Shown here piece by piece: positions 27,555-36,485 of a stretch of 38,767 bases of DNA. Each line of letters begins with the position of its first letter. The stretch's first letter is position 1. Made by a program: the position numbers and the translations under genes. Source of the DNA: a virus (taxonomy: Duplodnaviria; Caudoviricetes); the IMG/VR virus record IMGVR_UViG_3300033067_002224, positions 1 through 38,767 of that record. One strand, given 5' to 3'. Under the pieces are notes generated by a model. That model was not told the DNA's origin, made no database searches, and was given only the letters and a program-made list of their open reading frames with translations.

Positions 27555-28154
27555 TTATTTATATTTAGGTATTAAAATATAGTTATCTTTGCCCTCTTCT
27601 TTTTTTATCTCCCACTCATATGCGGGTGAAAGATAAAATGCCTTATGTTTATAATCACCTGATGCTCTTACTTGTATATATAGTGATAATGCTGAGGTTA
27701 GAGAAGCTTCTGATATATGTAATAAATTTACTGACTTATCATTCACAAAGGGAAATTCTCTTCTTATTGTTGATGCCCATTCACAGCAATATTTAAATCG
27801 TTCATACATTTGACACACAAATGTTCTTGTAGTTGTACCTTCAAACATATTAACATTTGCTTCCAACAACATTTTCACATCAGCTGGCGCTACGGCGTAT
27901 GCAGCCTTAACAAAATCAATATTTACCTTAATAACATCTATTGCTCCCAATAGAATAGATGCATTTACTACAGGTAAAGCTAAATTTATTCCCTCTATGG
28001 CTTGGTATCGACATATAGTTCCATTCCTAACAGTATAATAATTACTTTGTTCCGCCCTACGCCACTCAGGCGATATTAGTTTAGCCATATCCGTTGGGGA
28101 TACATCACGGCGTACTATTATTTTGCCGTTTTTGAAGTCGTCTCTTGTATACAT
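27555..28154 (-). CDS. EANVNMF family hypothetical protein, paralog 2
   Basis: VKMLLEANVNMFEGTTT. Confidence 0.7.
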   Translation of the reverse strand: MYTRDDFKNGKIIVRRDVSPTDMAKLISPEWRRAEQSNYYTVRNGTICRYQAIEGINLALPVVNASILLGAIDVIKVNIDFVKAAYAVAPADVKMLLEANVNMFEGTTTRTFVCQMYERFKYCCEWASTIRREFPFVNDKSVNLLHISEASLTSALSLYIQVRASGDYKHKAFYLSPAYEWEIKKEEGKDNYILIPKYK

Positions 28155-28160
28155 GGTTAT

Positions 28161-28532
28161 TTATTTTTTCTTTAGAGGTACTAAAAGTAATCCACCAGAT
28201 GCAGCGTGTACAATGCTCCAGTCACACAAATTATTTAATTTATATGCTTGGCGAGCAAATTCACCACTAGTTTGAGGCTCAATCATCTGGGTTATATTTA
28301 CATTTAACACATTGATACTATTATCTCTAATAAAGTCCAATTCGGGAAATGCCTCTCTTAAAATATCATACCAACGGCAATGTTGAAATTCTTTCATCAT
28401 ATCTACAACAAATTGTTCTGTAGTTGTGCCTTCAAACATATTAACATTTGCTTCAATGAGGCGCTTGGTTTCATCATTAGCATCTTTGTATGCTTTTTGC
28501 ACTAAAGCTGGATTAATTTTAATTTTACTCAT
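28161..28532 (-). CDS. EANVNMF family hypothetical protein, paralog 3 (lacks N-terminal domain)
   Basis: TKRLIEANVNMFEGTTT. Confidence 0.7.
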   Translation of the reverse strand: MSKIKINPALVQKAYKDANDETKRLIEANVNMFEGTTTEQFVVDMMKEFQHCRWYDILREAFPELDFIRDNSINVLNVNITQMIEPQTSGEFARQAYKLNNLCDWSIVHAASGGLLLVPLKKK

Positions 28533-28535
28533 GGC

Positions 28536-28700
28536 TTATTCATTCATGTATGTGTCAATATATTCATTGCTTTCATCCCAACTTTTTAACCCAGCTATAA
28601 ATGCACTATAGCATAATGCTACAATATACCCCAATATGTAAGGAATACAACATGCAATGATTTGTAAAATCATTATAATTGTGAAAAATGTTTTTTTCAT
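28536..28700 (-). CDS. Small membrane protein (54 aa)
   Basis: Hand-translated MKKTFFTIIMILQIIACCIPYILG... Confidence 0.5.
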   Translation of the reverse strand: MKKTFFTIIMILQIIACCIPYILGYIVALCYSAFIAGLKSWDESNEYIDTYMNE

Positions 28701-28951
28701 ATTTTTGCTCTTTTTATTTTTAATGCAACTCTACAATCAAATTGTAGTGATTTAAATGATTTTGATGTTCCAAATAAGCAGTTCCAATAAGCAACATACT
28801 CTTTTTTAGAACCTAAATGCTTTTCATCCATCGATAGTGTGTGTAGTGATGTGTACGTTTTTAACAATACTCCTTTTGATTTGTGTTTATACATTTCAAT
28901 TACATCACCTTCTTTTAAAGTCCAACATGGCTCGGTCATCGTTTCTCTCAT
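28697..28951 (-). CDS. Hypothetical protein
   Basis: ORF tiling. Confidence 0.5.
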   Translation of the reverse strand: MRETMTEPCWTLKEGDVIEMYKHKSKGVLLKTYTSLHTLSMDEKHLGSKKEYVAYWNCLFGTSKSFKSLQFDCRVALKIKRAKI

Positions 28952-29204
28952 AGTCGTTTCGTTTATATGGATTGTTAGTTTCGATAAGCAAAACCTTAGT
29001 ATTATCTATAACATTATACAGATAACATTTATTACCAACTCTTAAAAGTTCATCATGAACCACAATTTCCTTTTCATCACATATAAACATCTCAGATGCT
29101 GCTTTTTTAATAACATCATTAATGTAATCGCCTTTTTCAGGCTTTATTTTCAGCGTTATCATTTTTCTTTTGTTTTGTAACTCGTTTAAGAGGAATACAT
29201 TCAT
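28905..29204 (-). CDS. Hypothetical protein (start uncertain)
   Basis: ORF tiling with overlaps. Confidence 0.45.
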   Translation of the reverse strand: MNVFLLNELQNKRKMITLKIKPEKGDYINDVIKKAASEMFICDEKEIVVHDELLRVGNKCYLYNVIDNTKVLLIETNNPYKRNDYERNDDRAMLDFKRR

Positions 29205-29463
29205 AATTAGGTGTAGGAGTTAACGTATTTCTACGTGGAAGTCCAAAAAACCTAACTAGGCGATATATGCTACGCTCAGATATTCCCAAAGCAAATTGGA
29301 TAGATGCTGAGTTTGGGTATTTACCTCGATCTGTCCAACATTTGGTTAAAATTCTCTGAACATTTCGTTGTAAATTTAAATCTTCACCTTCCACAGGGTT
29401 GATGTGTGGAAATTTTTTATTTAAATGTTCCACATATTCCTGTTCTTGTTTTTCTGATACCAT
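29137..29463 (-). CDS. Helix-turn-helix protein (Fis-like HTH)
   Basis: ASIQFALGISERSIYRLVRFFGL. Confidence 0.6.
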   Translation of the reverse strand: MVSEKQEQEYVEHLNKKFPHINPVEGEDLNLQRNVQRILTKCWTDRGKYPNSASIQFALGISERSIYRLVRFFGLPRRNTLTPTPNYECIPLKRVTKQKKNDNAENKA

Positions 29464-29482
29464 AGTTAGTTAAAGTTTAAAG

Positions 29483-30163
29483 TTAAATAAACAATTGTTT
29501 AAGGTCAGCCCATTTATTTACAAAAAATTCAGGGACTTGATGAAATTCAAATCGCATTGGGAAACGTTCAACAGTAACTGTTAATATTTGTTTTTTAAAT
29601 GTTCTGTGGATAGGTGCTATACCTATGTATTCAATTTGTTTTTGTACCCAATTTCCATCAGTGTTGGTAAATGGAACATATAAATCACGTCTTACAAGTG
29701 GTAATTGTTTACGTCCAACCATATCATCTAACGTAACAAACATTTCTATGTCTGCTAAGTGTTTAGCTCCTTTCACTATTTCATCCTTACAAGCCATATG
29801 CCATTTACACAATTCAGCTACTATGTTATAATCGGCTTTGAAATTTCTAATCCAATACTTGACATCATCATTATTATGGATAAATTCATAAGCTTGTTTT
29901 GGATGGTCTGGGTTAGAGATATATTTACCCTCTGGTGTTTCTTTTAGCTGTGTTCCTTGTGGTTTAAATAAATCATGTATTATAGCAGTCATAACCAAAT
30001 TAGGATTATCTGTTATAAGCACAGCTCTTAACGTTACAATTAATATATGATTAATTAAATAACGTTCAGGATGATACACAGGATGATCCTCAAATGAGTG
30101 ACACTGCCTTAGTAATGATTTAATTTGGTTCATATTATGATGGTTTTGGTACCACTGCATCAA
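29483..30163 (-). CDS. HD-domain phosphohydrolase
   Basis: YHPE...NHILIV...AIIHDLFKP...DHP...WHM...DD; start probably at MNQIK. Confidence 0.7.
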   Translation of the reverse strand: MMQWYQNHHNMNQIKSLLRQCHSFEDHPVYHPERYLINHILIVTLRAVLITDNPNLVMTAIIHDLFKPQGTQLKETPEGKYISNPDHPKQAYEFIHNNDDVKYWIRNFKADYNIVAELCKWHMACKDEIVKGAKHLADIEMFVTLDDMVGRKQLPLVRRDLYVPFTNTDGNWVQKQIEYIGIAPIHRTFKKQILTVTVERFPMRFEFHQVPEFFVNKWADLKQLFI

Positions 30164-30401
30164 ATCTGAATCTGACTCTTTGAAAGTTATGTGATTCAGA
30201 TATTATTGACACATGCTGTCCTTGAATTTGAATTAAAATATAATGTTTTATACATAATTCAATAAACTTTACTTGTTCGGGACCTAACAGAAAGCGTAGA
30301 GTCATTCTCATATCTTTTTCGAACATACTCATATGTGATATTTCTACTGAACCCAATTCATCACATTTTTCATCAGTTGAAAACAGTGTTACTTTAATCA
30401 T
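30135..30401 (-). CDS. Hypothetical protein
   Basis: ORF tiling. Confidence 0.5.
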   Translation of the reverse strand: MIKVTLFSTDEKCDELGSVEISHMSMFEKDMRMTLRFLLGPEQVKFIELCIKHYILIQIQGQHVSIISESHNFQRVRFRFDAVVPKPS

Positions 30402-30409
30402 AACTTATT

Positions 30410-30739
30410 TTATAGTGAAGCGTTACGTACAATTTTTCTAATTTCAAGAAGCATTTTTACTGTAGTTTCAAATTCATCTTCATCTGAATTTACAATCCAG
30501 CTCCATGCTTCTTCACACATGCTGTTAATAGGGTTTTCACCATTAGGAAATGGTTTAGGTCCTTTAACAGTAGCATTATAAACGTCATTGTCTTCGGGTT
30601 CAAACTCTAACAACAATGTTGTTTTAGGATTAAGATTAATTTCAATTTTTGATAATTTTCTTATCACTTCTTTAACTGTCGGGGTAATCATATTATTTGT
30701 TTTTTGGTTTACGTCCGCGTTTACCTCCTGTTGGTACAT
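30410..30739 (-). CDS. Hypothetical protein (likely start MITPTV)
   Basis: ORF tiling. Confidence 0.5.
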   Translation of the reverse strand: MYQQEVNADVNQKTNNMITPTVKEVIRKLSKIEINLNPKTTLLLEFEPEDNDVYNATVKGPKPFPNGENPINSMCEEAWSWIVNSDEDEFETTVKMLLEIRKIVRNASL

Positions 30740-31310
30740 AAGGTTTTGTTTTTCTTAGTTCAGGTGCCAGTGTTGGACGACCTCGTTTACCTTTAGGTTT
30801 ATTTTCAACTGCGGGTTGAAGTGCCGCTCTTTTTGCTTTTTCTTCATCTGATAATGGTTTACGTCCACGTTTACCACCTGTTGGAACATATGGCTTTGAT
30901 ATTCTCTTTTCAGGATCAATTGAGGGACGACCCCGTTTACGTTTTGGAGCATTTGGGTCTTTTTCAACTAGGGGTTTTATTCGTTTTCTACCTCGACGTT
31001 TAACGGATTCATTAATTATTTCCGTTTTAATTTTTAACTCATTAGGGTGAACAATTAATGCATCTAAATAAAATGCTCTAGCCCCACCTGTAGAGTCTCT
31101 ACATTCATAACCACCACCAGCCCAACCTTTTTCTCCATGTTCGTGACGTGCTATAAAAAAGAATTGTACTCCAAACTCCGTATCGAAATACGGTGCTGGG
31201 AGTACTCTTATACCTGGTTTAAATGAGGTATACTTATTCTTTTCATCTTCTGATTCAAACTTAAATGCTTTCCTTGAAGTACAAGGGGCGGGTATGTCAA
31301 TTATTTTCAT
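30693..31310 (-). CDS. Multi-AT-hook basic DNA-binding protein
   Basis: KRRGRKR, KRKRGRP, GKRGRP and a twice-repeated KPYVPTGGKRGRKP. Confidence 0.7.
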   Translation of the reverse strand: MKIIDIPAPCTSRKAFKFESEDEKNKYTSFKPGIRVLPAPYFDTEFGVQFFFIARHEHGEKGWAGGGYECRDSTGGARAFYLDALIVHPNELKIKTEIINESVKRRGRKRIKPLVEKDPNAPKRKRGRPSIDPEKRISKPYVPTGGKRGRKPLSDEEKAKRAALQPAVENKPKGKRGRPTLAPELRKTKPYVPTGGKRGRKPKNK

Positions 31311-31989
31311 TGCCTGATTTCAAAATGTCATTAATAATATCATTAACGTTCAATTTTAAACCAATAACATTACTAAATAGTTCTTTTGTTTTTGTTTCGG
31401 CTATTTCTCTTATATCATCCATTAAGCAATTAATAGGAGCATTACTCATATTTTCAGCCTCTATTTGGGCTATTCTTTCAGCTATTTCAGGAGTAGCTTC
31501 AATTTTTGCCTTACTTTCCAACTGTTTTTTGTTGAAAATATGAAAATCAAAACCTGATTCACGTACCACATTTACAAACCCTAAAAAACCTAAATATTTT
31601 TCACCAATAAGCTTATTTTTTAACTGAAATGAAAGGCTGTCTTTTTCTTTTTGAGATAATCCCTTTGAATAAGATTCCCATTCTTTTTGAACAGCTCTCA
31701 TTTCGTAATATTCTATAAGTGTATCTTTGTATAGATCTTTAAATTCCAACATGGCCATTACTACCTGGTTGTCATCTTTACAAAGAGAACATACTTTTTG
31801 AATACACGATGACATACTTTTCATTTCTATGGGGGCATCTTTATAATCGTACAAATCTTCTACTTTCAAAATAGAAGCTAATGATTCAAATGCAATCATT
31901 GATCTTATGAACTGAGCATCTTCGTTTGGTGATAAATTCAATGACTCATAAAAATCATTTGAGGTGTGGTTAAATGTTAGTATATTCAT
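31297..31989 (-). CDS. Hypothetical protein
   Basis: 230-aa ORF downstream of a promoter motif. Confidence 0.6.
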   Translation of the reverse strand: MNILTFNHTSNDFYESLNLSPNEDAQFIRSMIAFESLASILKVEDLYDYKDAPIEMKSMSSCIQKVCSLCKDDNQVVMAMLEFKDLYKDTLIEYYEMRAVQKEWESYSKGLSQKEKDSLSFQLKNKLIGEKYLGFLGFVNVVRESGFDFHIFNKKQLESKAKIEATPEIAERIAQIEAENMSNAPINCLMDDIREIAETKTKELFSNVIGLKLNVNDIINDILKSGNENN

Positions 31990-32005
31990 AACTTATTTAT
32001 TTTAA

Positions 32006-32032
32006 TGAATTTAAGAAAAGAATTTTGACAAA
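32006..32032 (-). promoter_or_regulatory. Promoter motif copy 4
   Basis: TTTGTCAAAATTCTTTTCT-TAAATTCA. Confidence 0.6.
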
Positions 32033-32050
32033 GGAAAAATTAACTTTTTT

Positions 32051-32323
32051 TTAATGTTTAGGGGTTGTTAATATTTTAATCAACTTTGATGAGTATTTTC
32101 GGTTGGGTAAAATTTTATTGATATGAGAATCATTAAAATCATTTATGGTTAAAGGGCGATGTAATCTTTTTTCTAAGCAGTTTAGGCATAACATACCATT
32201 TTTTGAGGGATGGATTGAGAACCAAATATCATCCTTCAACATATAATGTTCACCAATTTTACCTGTATCAATTTTACAATCAATGCATTTGAACCGTAAT
32301 CTAGTCCCTTTCATCCCATCCAA
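32051..32323 (-). CDS. CxxC...CxxC zinc-binding phage protein
   Basis: CIDC...YMLKDDIW...GMLCLNCLEKRLHRPL. Confidence 0.65.
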   Translation of the reverse strand: MDGMKGTRLRFKCIDCKIDTGKIGEHYMLKDDIWFSIHPSKNGMLCLNCLEKRLHRPLTINDFNDSHINKILPNRKYSSKLIKILTTPKH

Positions 32324-32492
32324 CTTTTTTACTTATTTCAGTTGTAAACCCGCCTCCTTCCTTATATCTAAGGATTATTTGATCTAAGATCATTTTTTCA
32401 TCACTAGATGATGGTGATGGTAAAAATCTATACCATCGACATATTTGTTCATAATCAGCAGTTTCGATTTCGGACAAAGTAGGATATTTCAT
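32301..32492 (-). CDS. Hypothetical protein
   Basis: ICRWYRFLPSP...GGFTTEISKKVGW. Confidence 0.55.
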   Translation of the reverse strand: MKYPTLSEIETADYEQICRWYRFLPSPSSSDEKMILDQIILRYKEGGGFTTEISKKVGWDERD

Positions 32493-32493
32493 C

Positions 32494-33627
32494 TTATTGT
32501 TGTTTGAAGTCTTTTGAATCAGCGGAATAACTAAAGTATATTCTATTAAATTCTGTAGATTTAATCATTGCGTAATCGAATTCAAACCCCGGTCTTTGGT
32601 CTACACAAGTTACAACCAGATTTTTATTACAATTTCCAGAATATGCACTATCAACTTTAATTGAGAAATCAAGTAGAGGGTAATTCAATCGATACTTTTT
32701 AAATTCTCCCTGCCACTTATTAGTAACATTTATTTCCTCCTCAGTATTAACAAGTTCAAGATCTTCTGGGTCACAGGGCATATAGCCGTTGCCATGACGG
32801 GTTAAGTAACTTCTAGTTACATAGTAAATATTAATCTTTGAAATAAATAATTTACTACATATTTCCATGGCGTTTTTACTTGTAGTGTTTGAATATGTTA
32901 CATAAGGAAAATAACCATGATCCATATCTAACATTATACCTTGTGATCCTTCAAAAATCAAGTCATCATATTCATTTTCTATTATAGAATAATCCTGGAT
33001 TGTTGGGTAAATTACTTTTAGCAAGTAATTTATAGCTGCTTGTTCTTCAAATTGTTCTTTTTCAAGAAATTCGAAATATATCTTTGATTCTTCACCAGAT
33101 AATTGTTGTAAATAATAATCTGATATTAGGTTGTACTTATAATTAAATAAGTCTTCATTTTGAAGATCAATAGCATGAAGTTTATAAGGGGTTGTTAAAC
33201 TTCTTTTCATAGTTGAACCAATACCCTTTCCACATGAACCATGTTGGTTATGCAACTCTTTAGTACGATTAAATGCAATGTCAGGGGCTATTGATACTTT
33301 AGCTAAAGGATGAATTATTATCTTTATTAGAGAAGTATTTATTTCTCTTATAAGAGATATATATTCATACACCATAGCTCTAGGATTAATAACACAATGT
33401 TCACTAATGTATGTAGGGACACCTCTTAGCGTACCCGACCCAAAACTAGAGAAAACATGTTTAATTTTGTCTCTTTTAACAGCGTGGCCTGCTTGGTGAC
33501 CACCTGAGAATCTTACTACTAATGGGTTTAGACCGTTTTTTAAAGACTGAGAGCAAAGGAAATCTGTTGTGATTCCTTTACCCTCATCTCCAAATGCTAG
33601 GCCTAATACTACTTCGGCTTGCGGCAT
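32494..33627 (-). CDS. purA: Adenylosuccinate synthetase-like protein (divergent PurA family)
   Basis: FGDEGKG, RFSGGHQAGH, FEGSQGIMLDMDHGYFPYVT and YLTRHGNG motifs. Confidence 0.85.
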   Translation of the reverse strand: MPQAEVVLGLAFGDEGKGITTDFLCSQSLKNGLNPLVVRFSGGHQAGHAVKRDKIKHVFSSFGSGTLRGVPTYISEHCVINPRAMVYEYISLIREINTSLIKIIIHPLAKVSIAPDIAFNRTKELHNQHGSCGKGIGSTMKRSLTTPYKLHAIDLQNEDLFNYKYNLISDYYLQQLSGEESKIYFEFLEKEQFEEQAAINYLLKVIYPTIQDYSIIENEYDDLIFEGSQGIMLDMDHGYFPYVTYSNTTSKNAMEICSKLFISKINIYYVTRSYLTRHGNGYMPCDPEDLELVNTEEEINVTNKWQGEFKKYRLNYPLLDFSIKVDSAYSGNCNKNLVVTCVDQRPGFEFDYAMIKSTEFNRIYFSYSADSKDFKQQ

Positions 33628-34508
33628 TAAAGTGAAATTTTAGTTGGTTTAGTTTTAGATGTTTCGGTCACCGGCGTTGTTTCGGGTTCAGTCACGGAAT
33701 AATCTTTAAATTGGGTAACAATATCTGAAATTGCTCCGCTTACCTCAGTGTGATCTTTGATCACAATGCAATTTTGTCCCAAAATATTCTGCCAATATCC
33801 TAAAGATCTTTCACCTGCTGTTCCTTCCATAACATGGATGTGATACACATGATATTTGGCTTGAGCTGCCTTCAATAAATCTTCGGCAGTCCATGTTTTT
33901 GATTCTTCGTCAGCCATAATTTCTTTAATGGCTGATTTAGGTAATACCGGTAAACATGGTTCATCACCAACTGTGAATAAGAAACCTTTTTTCCCACGCT
34001 TTTCAAACGCATCAGTTACAGTATGGAAGGCGGCGAAATCCCAGGCCAAGTGATATGATTCACCTCCATTTCCACCACCACCTCCTTCCAGTAGTGTTCT
34101 TTCGAGCCACATATCAAGCTCAGCGTCTCCTGATTCAAACTGAGCAACCTGTAGTGGGAATCGATCACACTCATGGTCTCCAATTGCCAGGAATAAAATT
34201 TGAGGATCAGGTGTTCCTTTTTCAATAATTGTTGACATGATTTTAGGTAAACCTTCCCTAATTAAATACGCAGGTACTCCCAGCATTGAACCAGTAACAT
34301 CCAATGCTAATATAATTGGTACAGAATTAGGATGATTTTCAGAATCTCTGGCTTCTCTGATTTTTACTCCCTGTGGCCTCATTGAATCGTGAATTACATC
34401 CAATTTTGATTGGCCAAAATTCTTTATTGTAGCTGTTGTTATTTTATCGTAGCCTTTTGAAGCAGCTCTTACATATCTACTTTCAGAGCTATATAATGTT
34501 GAACCCAT
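33627..34508 (-). CDS. von Willebrand factor A (vWA) domain protein
   Basis: IILALDVTGSM MIDAS motif, LEGGGGGNGGESY, FTVGDEP. Confidence 0.85.
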   Translation of the reverse strand: MGSTLYSSESRYVRAASKGYDKITTATIKNFGQSKLDVIHDSMRPQGVKIREARDSENHPNSVPIILALDVTGSMLGVPAYLIREGLPKIMSTIIEKGTPDPQILFLAIGDHECDRFPLQVAQFESGDAELDMWLERTLLEGGGGGNGGESYHLAWDFAAFHTVTDAFEKRGKKGFLFTVGDEPCLPVLPKSAIKEIMADEESKTWTAEDLLKAAQAKYHVYHIHVMEGTAGERSLGYWQNILGQNCIVIKDHTEVSGAISDIVTQFKDYSVTEPETTPVTETSKTKPTKISL

Positions 34509-34540
34509 AATTTTTTTGTGTTGTTTTTAAAGAACCGTTA

Positions 34541-34900
34541 TTAAATGATTTTTTCACCAAAAAGCTCTTCATAGCGCTTTCCAGCTATATCGAGCTTAAT
34601 ATCAAGTTCTCTTAACTGGATGCCAATTGCTAAATCCTTAGCAACAAAATCGTCAGCACTAAAATCACTAGCTAATACCAGTGAAGTAGCGGTTGTTGGT
34701 GAAAGATCTAACATATTGTCCCGCTCACGGAGTAATTTTTTCTTTTCATGTACCATATCTTCAATGGTACGTTTAAACCGTAACTGGGCATCTTCAGATA
34801 TTGAAGCTGCTCTGTCCGCTCTGATTTTAGAATTGTTTCTGGTAAGTGAACTGAAAAATGAACCTTTCATTTCATCAGTTTTTGTTGTTTCTGTTGTCAT
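34541..34900 (-). CDS. Coiled-coil protein upstream of vWA-PurA
   Basis: Helical heptads; DLSPTTATSL turn. Confidence 0.6.
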   Translation of the reverse strand: MTTETTKTDEMKGSFFSSLTRNNSKIRADRAASISEDAQLRFKRTIEDMVHEKKKLLRERDNMLDLSPTTATSLVLASDFSADDFVAKDLAIGIQLRELDIKLDIAGKRYEELFGEKII

Positions 34901-34975
34901 CTTTTTTGATTTTTATTATGAAATGTATACAAAGCATTGCTAGGATAAAGAATATTATTCCTAAATATTTTAAGA

Positions 34976-35251
34976 TCATTTTTTAGGTTTTATATTATCA
35001 CCAACGGAATAATGTTTCATTTTTACACCTGCAGATACACCTGTACCTGCTCTTCGGGCTTTAGCTTCCAATTCAGCAGCTTGAGCTGGGGTGCATACTT
35101 GTATTTCTCTTTCGGTTTTTCCGCTAACTACTTGGAATCCAACTACTTTTTGTGTAGATGAGCAGTTAATACAGGTAAGTGGTAAATTGTTTTTTTTAAG
35201 GAATTCAACTCTTTTTGGGTGAATTTCAGCATTACATTTACAAAAAGCCAT
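34976..35251 (-). CDS. DksA/TraR-like C4 zinc-finger protein
   Basis: CKCNAEIHPKRVEFL...TCINCS. Confidence 0.6.
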   Translation of the reverse strand: MAFCKCNAEIHPKRVEFLKKNNLPLTCINCSSTQKVVGFQVVSGKTEREIQVCTPAQAAELEAKARRAGTGVSAGVKMKHYSVGDNIKPKK

Positions 35252-35260
35252 AACTATGTT

Positions 35261-35740
35261 TTAGTCGTTATATAAATTAAATCCCAATCCTATCCAGGAC
35301 ATTTTAGATGAATATGATAAAAGCATATAGTAATCACTACATGATTCTTTACCATCTATCTTTAGGGAATAAACGGATACCCATCCGTTATTTTTCTTTT
35401 TATCTGAGTCTTGGGACCAAATATAAAATTGGTAACCATACATTGGTGTTAAATCTACCCATAACCAATCTTTGGATATCACATATCCTACTGTTGGACC
35501 TACCATCGCGTGACCACCTTCACCCCACCCCAATTTAGGGTTGGGGGATAATATAATATCCTTTATGTAAACGTTATTTATATTGAAATCTCCTACATGA
35601 AGCGTAGGATTCAATTCAATCCCTAAAGTACTTAGATGATTGATATGACAATATGCTGCACCAATATTAGCTTTCACTTTAAATTGTTGCGCTTCACTTC
35701 TAATACTTAGAACAAGTAATAACATTGCTATGTATTTCAT
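35261..35740 (-). CDS. Secreted outer-membrane beta-barrel-like protein
   Basis: Start MKYIAMLLLVLSIRSEA|QQ; amphipathic strands; C-terminal WIGLGFNL. Confidence 0.55.
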   Translation of the reverse strand: MKYIAMLLLVLSIRSEAQQFKVKANIGAAYCHINHLSTLGIELNPTLHVGDFNINNVYIKDIILSPNPKLGWGEGGHAMVGPTVGYVISKDWLWVDLTPMYGYQFYIWSQDSDKKKNNGWVSVYSLKIDGKESCSDYYMLLSYSSKMSWIGLGFNLYND

Positions 35741-35754
35741 AAACTTATTTTGAG

Positions 35755-35781
35755 TAAATTTAAAAAAAGAATTTTGACAAA
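35755..35781 (-). promoter_or_regulatory. Promoter motif copy 5
   Basis: TTTGTCAAAATTCTTTTTT-TAAATTTA-CTCAAAA, nearly identical to copy 1. Confidence 0.65.
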
Positions 35782-35786
35782 TCAAT

Positions 35787-36485
35787 TTAAAAATTTATAT
35801 CTTTATTTTCATCCATTTCAAATATGTGGGGTTTATTTACAACATTATATTGTAAATTACAAGCACATCCATTACAATAAATTGCATTTTCATCATATGA
35901 TTTTTCACCCCCACATTCGTGGATATGACCAAATAAATGAATTTTGGGTTTTACTCGTTTAATATGCCATAATAAATCTTCACAACCAACATATGCTTGT
36001 TGATGATTATAATCATGCTTACAATAAGCCGGCCCATGAGTTAATAATATGTCTGTACCAAAAGGTATTTGTTCCCAAACTTGGCGAATTTCATCACCTC
36101 TATCTCTATTCCACGCCCATCCATAATTTCTATGGAATGAAGGTGTAATAGGTGATCCCCATATTTTTATTCCTTCTATTTCACATCCTGAATTTTCAAG
36201 ATAGAAATTAGATTGCCCGTCTCCTTGGAATTCTGCTAATTCTTTTATGAGCCACTCAGGTTTAACTCCATCAGGTTGGATAGCATCTTCAAAAGTTCGA
36301 TCATGATTTCCACAAATCAAAATTTTATAGCGTATGGGTAATGATTTAAACCATTTAAAAAACTTTTTAACTTCTTCTTCATATCCCTTAGATGATATAT
36401 CACCAGTATGGATAATCATATCTAAATCGGGTAATATTACTTGATTATGTTTATTATGGGTATCGGATATATGTCCTATCTTCAT
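35787..36485 (-). CDS. Calcineurin-like metallophosphoesterase
   Basis: HISDTH, HTGD, GNHD, THGP and GHIHE motifs. Confidence 0.92.
   Translation of the reverse strand: MKIGHISDTHNKHNQVILPDLDMIIHTGDISSKGYEEEVKKFFKWFKSLPIRYKILICGNHDRTFEDAIQPDGVKPEWLIKELAEFQGDGQSNFYLENSGCEIEGIKIWGSPITPSFHRNYGWAWNRDRGDEIRQVWEQIPFGTDILLTHGPAYCKHDYNHQQAYVGCEDLLWHIKRVKPKIHLFGHIHECGGEKSYDENAIYCNGCACNLQYNVVNKPHIFEMDENKDINF

Noticed and set aside
32494-33627. PurZ (2-aminoadenine, Z-genome) assignment
   Set aside because: PurZ replaces the catalytic Asp of GDEGKG with Ser; this protein retains Asp, and no clear DatZ/MazZ partners are adjacent.
30755-34225. Nested same-strand ORFs 30755..30967 and 34016..34225
   Set aside because: They are alternative frames inside better-supported genes.
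24257-35779. Plus-strand sigma70 promoters from TTGACA in the repeated motif
   Set aside because: The spacing to a -10 box is inconsistent, one copy reads GTGACA, and they would fire antisense; the minus-strand reading has fixed spacing and precedes starts.
6652-35962. Plus-strand ORFs in the track (e.g. 6652, 7801, 11032, 12423, 20125, 26597, 34620, 35750)
   Set aside because: They are antisense shadows of well-supported minus-strand genes, with no recognisable motifs.
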